DNA of 29,612 bases from a virus. Lineage: Duplodnaviria; Caudoviricetes. The stretch is from the IMG/VR virus record IMGVR_UViG_3300017912_001229, positions 1-29,612 of that record; one strand, written 5' to 3'. Under the pieces are notes generated by a model. It was given only the letters and a program-made list of their open reading frames with translations. It made no database searches and was not told where the DNA came from. The translations under genes and the position numbers were made by a program. This document shows positions 26,112-29,612 of this stretch, one piece after another (within the stretch, counting starts at the first letter, position 1; every line of letters begins with the position of its first letter).

Positions 26112-26703
26112 AATTTCGTACCCGCTCTCTCAACTCCTCCAGGAACACTGAGACCTTTTTTTCCAACTCAGCTATATATTGTTTTGTTGGTTCGAAACGC
26201 ATGATCCACAATTGTTGGTTCTCTGGCAGTCTCGGATCGTACATCACGAAATCACACCAATTACGCTCTGTACATGCGAGTTGCCAGGCCATCTGCGTTT
26301 TGTAATTTTCTGGAATTGTGCCGCGCAATACAGTGTTTACCATTGTGGTGGTATTCGGGCATTTTATCTCGATCAAACCCCTCTCGCCGATTAAGCCGTC
26401 AGGGCTTGCGCTAGATTCTGCAATTCTAGGGTGCGCTATTGTACCTACTTCCTGTACAACACATTTTTTTACGATTTCATATCGTAACCTCGCGAAAGGC
26501 TCTGTATCAATTCCCCACTGCATTGCTGGGCTAACAGCTATTTCTTTATGCTCACCCGTCAATCGCTCGTTGATCAGTTCATCCATCAAGCGTTGGCGTG
26601 ATGCGCTATACCCCGATTTAGTTTCCGCGATCGCGTCGTGACAGCGACTAGCTGTCAAATTCCCCAATCTGAACAAATGCCACTCCGGACTCCCCTGTAT
26701 CAT
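26041..26703 (-). CDS. YqaJ / lambda-exonuclease family protein
   Basis: QGSPEW...R.G.LTAS, AMQWG...EP.AR, ASPDGL, IEIKCP, QM..QL.CT.R.WCDFV.YDPR. Confidence 0.92.
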   Translation of the reverse strand: MIQGSPEWHLFRLGNLTASRCHDAIAETKSGYSASRQRLMDELINERLTGEHKEIAVSPAMQWGIDTEPFARLRYEIVKKCVVQEVGTIAHPRIAESSASPDGLIGERGLIEIKCPNTTTMVNTVLRGTIPENYKTQMAWQLACTERNWCDFVMYDPRLPENQQLWIMRFEPTKQYIAELEKKVSVFLEELRERVRNFEKNINANFESQSIENVAKAVQD

Positions 26704-27020
26704 CAGACAATACCCCGCTGATTAGCCTGTTTTGTTCTTTCTGCATCGAAAGTCAACTGAGCGAGGTTTATCAATTTTTTGGTCAATTCGACCTCTAAGT
26801 TTGCTTCAGCGACTTCTCGGTACCTCTTAGCCCATTCTGTTGTGGATCGAGTCTCTGTTTGCGCTTTAGCAGCACTTGCCCCTGCATCCATGTGCGCTTT
26901 CTGGACAGATGCTTCATAAGACTTGAAAGTTGTTTCTGCTTCAATGGCCTGCCTGCTGGCTCCCTCCCAGTTAGTTATACGATCATTTAGTACAGATAAA
27001 ATGATGTCTAGTCTATCCAC
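26703..27020 (-). CDS. Coiled-coil hypothetical protein (possible recombination mediator)
   Basis: GGGAGG SD before GTG; all-helical, ends RTKQANQR; coupled to exonuclease. Confidence 0.7.
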   Translation of the reverse strand: MDRLDIILSVLNDRITNWEGASRQAIEAETTFKSYEASVQKAHMDAGASAAKAQTETRSTTEWAKRYREVAEANLEVELTKKLINLAQLTFDAERTKQANQRGIV

Positions 27021-27039
27021 TTTTCCTCCCGTATAGATG

Positions 27040-27370
27040 ACATTTAGTGGGGTTAGGTGGCCCCACTATGCTATGCCGATTTATTACCAGTCTGTATTTC
27101 CATCCGACCATTTCCGAGCTGGCCCATACTCCGCCCACCTAACTATCTCAACAGAGAGAGTGAGGATTTTGCCACCATTAACGGATGTTCGATTTGGCGC
27201 TCCCACTAATGCGCCCAGATTCTGGCAAATTGTCTTTGGTCGTTCTGCTCAACGGGTCAACCACCCGCACTGTACGCTTTTCCGTACAAGCCTCTGCCAC
27301 ATAAGTGGAGCGAATAAATGGGCCAGCCCCCAAACAACGGGGAGGGGGTAGGGTATGGGGACTGACCACG
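27040..27370 (-). ncRNA. Putative large structured non-coding RNA (or structured origin) downstream of cro-like gene
   Basis: Multiple nested perfect inverted repeats, a loop pseudoknot and alternative helices; strand suggested by G-U pairs in the 27321-27367 hairpin. Confidence 0.55.
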
Positions 27371-27372
27371 AA

Positions 27373-27591
27373 CTAAATCTTCCATTCCGGCAAAAAAATG
27401 TCCGGCCTAATATCATGCGGCTTTACCTGCCCCCCTGCAAGCCTACAAACCTGTATGACCTTATCCGCTGGTATTCTCGTATTCCTCCAGTGCGTAAGGA
27501 GTTGAGGCGAGACACCTACCAGCCTAGCAAACTGTGATTGATTGCCATTCGCGGCAGTCTGGATCAACTTTTTGTACATTTCTGCATTCAT
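27373..27591 (-). CDS. Cro-like / YdaS-family HTH regulator
   Basis: GNQSQFARLVGVSPQLLTHW...IPA...HDIRPDIF signature; no SD, TAGAGT 6 nt before ATG suggests leaderless mRNA. Confidence 0.88.
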   Translation of the reverse strand: MNAEMYKKLIQTAANGNQSQFARLVGVSPQLLTHWRNTRIPADKVIQVCRLAGGQVKPHDIRPDIFLPEWKI

Positions 27592-27684
27592 GCGTGAACT
27601 CTAACCCAAAACTTTTTGTAAATAAAGGTTTATTTTTATTAAAAATTGGTTTTTAATGTTCTGGCTATCAACAGGGAGACAGCA
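27592..27684. promoter_or_regulatory. Divergent early promoter/operator region
   Basis: AT-rich; palindromes AAATAAA-GG-TTTATTT (27620-27635) and ATTTTTA-T-TAAAAAT (27632-27646); TTTATT-17-TAGAGT leftward and TTTATT-17-TTTAAT rightward. Confidence 0.5.
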
Positions 27685-28056
27685 ATGTATATACCAGAAC
27701 GACCTATCGAAAATGATCCAGAATGGCAACGCCTATGGGGAGACGATGACCACGAACACCTAATGGAGCTACCAAACGACAATGATGTTGAATTCCGATT
27801 GAACTGGTTCGGTGTTGACGAATACAAATCCTTTGACAGTGGACTGATCGCCGAAACTCGAGACGAAATGGATTTATTGGTAGATTTCTGGATTCACGAG
27901 GACGGGCTTGAGATTAAGCAGCACCCTCACAATGGCGAAGAATCCGACATCAATGGAAAATTGGTGACCGCAAACGTTATTACCGGTAACCCTGCAGGAC
28001 AATATTGGATACTTGAGCGCGGACGCATCATTGGCGTAGTCACGGAGGTTCGATAA
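27685..28056 (+). CDS. Acidic early hypothetical protein
   Basis: GGGAG SD before ATG at 27685. Confidence 0.75.
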   Translation: MYIPERPIENDPEWQRLWGDDDHEHLMELPNDNDVEFRLNWFGVDEYKSFDSGLIAETRDEMDLLVDFWIHEDGLEIKQHPHNGEESDINGKLVTANVITGNPAGQYWILERGRIIGVVTEVR

Positions 28057-28244
28057 TGGGTAGGGTCAAATCTGAAATGTTCGAGGATGAGCTTGGCGCT
28101 GATGACGAATTGGTGCCAAAGCGCACAAAAGAACAAATTACGAAAGAAATTGAAGAGTGCGACATTCCAAGAGGAACACAGGAACGACGCGAATTTATGC
28201 ACGAAAGACTGAAGGAGTTACTTGATGAAATCCAACGCGGATGA
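28056..28244 (+). CDS. Small hypothetical protein
   Basis: TAATG overlap, GGAGG SD; MGRVK N-terminus typical of small early phage proteins. Confidence 0.7.
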   Translation: MGRVKSEMFEDELGADDELVPKRTKEQITKEIEECDIPRGTQERREFMHERLKELLDEIQRG

Positions 28245-28806
28245 AATTTACCAGGCGCTAAGTAGACCCTGGCCTCCAGGGCAGGTTAAAGAACGCAAGG
28301 GTCCTGGAAGCAAAATGCTTTCCTATGTCGATGCTCGGCAGGTACAAAATAGGCTAGATGAGGTCGTGGGATCTGGCAACTGGCAAACTCATTTCACCGA
28401 GGTGTGTGGCAATTACTGCTGCACCCTCGCAATAAAAATTGATGGCGAATGGGTTGCCAAGTCTGATGGTGCTGGCGGGACATCAATAGAGGGAGACAAG
28501 GGCGGATTTAGCGATGCTTTTAAACGTGCAGCCGTGTCGTTTGGCGTGGCGCGCTACCTTTATACAGATTCGCAGCTTACGCCAGAACAATTTGACGCAC
28601 GAACCGCTAAAACTCCAACAACAGATCCAGACGATGTACTGACCGCAAAAGATCTGATACGCGCGATTCAAAAAAACGACAAAGCAAAAGCGAATCTCAT
28701 CTGGGAATCGGTATCGACAAGCAAAGAATCATCGCGGTCGATCTGGCGCATACTGAACGAAACCGAGCGCGATTACATAAAATTATTGCGCGAAAAAGAG
28801 GAGTAG
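28222..28806 (+). CDS. Rad52/Rad22-family single-strand annealing protein (Sak-like)
   Basis: LSYVDARQVQNRLDEVVG..NW, KSDGA, KGGFSDAFKRAAV.FGVARYLY. Confidence 0.9.
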   Translation: MMKSNADEIYQALSRPWPPGQVKERKGPGSKMLSYVDARQVQNRLDEVVGSGNWQTHFTEVCGNYCCTLAIKIDGEWVAKSDGAGGTSIEGDKGGFSDAFKRAAVSFGVARYLYTDSQLTPEQFDARTAKTPTTDPDDVLTAKDLIRAIQKNDKAKANLIWESVSTSKESSRSIWRILNETERDYIKLLREKEE

Positions 28807-28810
28807 GTAA

Positions 28811-29107
28811 ATGCAAGAAACACCAGCGTACAAATTGCATCGCCGAGATGCGCCACAAACCTCTGTAGATGCAGCTAATGCCGTAAAAACCACAGAGATG
28901 GAAACCATTGTGCTTGAGACAATAAGACGACTAGGACAAAGCGGCTGTATCCAGGACGATGTTTTAAGGGCTTTATGGGGTTATTCCTACAGCAGTGTGA
29001 CTGCTAGATTCAAGGCGTTGCATGAAAAGGGCTACATTGAATACACCGGCGAAAAGCGGAAAGGGCGCAGTGGTAGAAATCAACGTGTTATGAGGAAAAT
29101 AGCGTGA
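28811..29107 (+). CDS. Winged-HTH DNA-binding protein
   Basis: HRRDAPQTSVDAA, SSVTARFKALHEKGYI, RKGRSGRNQRV motifs. Confidence 0.75.
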   Translation: MQETPAYKLHRRDAPQTSVDAANAVKTTEMETIVLETIRRLGQSGCIQDDVLRALWGYSYSSVTARFKALHEKGYIEYTGEKRKGRSGRNQRVMRKIA

Positions 29108-29403
29108 GCGACATACAATTCGTGAATGGCATTCGAGTCTTCGAACCCAACAAGGAATGGATCAAGGCCGAAGTCAAAATTAACAAAGAAGAGCTAAGGA
29201 ATTGGCTCAATACGGCAACCTTCGACGATGGCGGTCTTGATAAGAACGGCAACATCAAGGCCCAGATCAAGGTTGGCAAAAGCGGCAACTGGTATCTAGC
29301 AGTCAATAAGTGGCAGCCCAAAGGCGGCCAGTCTTCCAAGGCTTATACACCACCCTCTCCACCTCAAACGATGGATGACTTCGAGGACGACATTCCGTTC
29401 TGA
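29104..29403 (+). CDS. Single-stranded DNA-binding protein-like
   Basis: Short beta-rich core, low-complexity linker, acidic C-terminus DDFEDDIPF. Confidence 0.7.
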   Translation: MSDIQFVNGIRVFEPNKEWIKAEVKINKEELRNWLNTATFDDGGLDKNGNIKAQIKVGKSGNWYLAVNKWQPKGGQSSKAYTPPSPPQTMDDFEDDIPF

Positions 29404-29409
29404 TACCAT

Positions 29410-29532
29410 TACCAGGCGGGTGATTCTGGGCAGGCGAGCGGCAGCGTCAGCCTCCCTTCGGGGTTCGAGAGATAGATTACTTGCTTTGTGACCCGCAATT
29501 CATTCACACATCAAAGTGATCGACTGCCGCAT
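29410..29532 (+). ncRNA. Putative structured RNA leader (three-way junction with kissing loops) upstream of loader-like gene
   Basis: GCGGCAG/CTGCCGC closing stem, C(UUCG)G hairpin, long hairpin whose loop CCCGC complements loop GCGGG of a 5' hairpin. Confidence 0.5.
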
Positions 29533-29612
29533 AACTAGGGGGATCTATGGAAAAACACGAATTTACAAAACTGTACTCGCAATGGTTCGCACTTCATCCG
29601 TTTAAAAAAAGA
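29472..29612. repeat. Terminal direct repeat (circular assembly overlap), copy 2
   Basis: Identical to 1-141. Confidence 0.95.

Noticed and set aside
27037-27369. ORFs 27037-27351 (+) and 27178-27369 (-) as genes
   Set aside because: No SD, atypical Pro/Arg-rich composition, no recognisable motifs; region is better explained by base pairing, though short coding cannot be fully excluded
29404-29480. tRNA suggested by GGTTCGA at about 29462-29468
   Set aside because: No T-stem complementarity, acceptor stem or cloverleaf
29487-29508. CRP site (TGTGA...TCACA)
   Set aside because: Spacer is 12 nt rather than 6; better read as an RNA stem
29472-29612. Biological terminal repeat or duplicated gene start
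   Set aside because: Exact 141-nt overlap that cuts through a gene; best explained as assembler circularisation
1-29612. CRISPR array, integrase/att site, IS element, intron or stop-codon recoding
   Set aside because: No spaced repeats, recombinase or transposase seen; core genes are uninterrupted and all three stop codons terminate genes normally

Overview
The window is a complete, circularly assembled genome of a small tailed dsDNA phage (siphovirus, marine-type gene content). Bases 29472-29612 repeat bases 1-141 exactly, giving a unit genome of about 29,471 bp. A long minus-strand late operon (23392 down to 967) encodes DUF5675-like endolysin, 3-TM holin, small basic proteins, a ParB-domain fusion, a GREB1/TAGT-like glycosyltransferase, terminases, portal, minor head protein, scaffold, major capsid, neck, tail tube, a frameshifted chaperone pair, tape measure, tail tip and fibres. 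Early genes form three blocks: a short plus-strand operon including an Ocr-like acidic protein (23527-24256); a minus-strand Cro-like/exonuclease/NinG/phosphoesterase operon (27591-24225); and a plus-strand Rad52/SSB-like/loader-like operon crossing the circular junction (27685-952). I could not recognise an integrase, CI repressor, replication initiator, helicase, primase or polymerase. The most unusual features are: (1) a near-perfect bacterial parS centromere (TGTTCCACGTGGAACT) filling the gap where early and late transcription converge; (2) a ~330-nt densely paired non-coding region with pseudoknot and mutually exclusive helices where lambdoid phages keep their replication initiator, plus a second kissing-loop structure upstream of the loader-like gene; (3) a ParB-fusion plus glycosyltransferase cassette next to terminase with no enzyme to create a modifiable base. 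Protein family calls are from motif recognition and synteny only; no searches were run.
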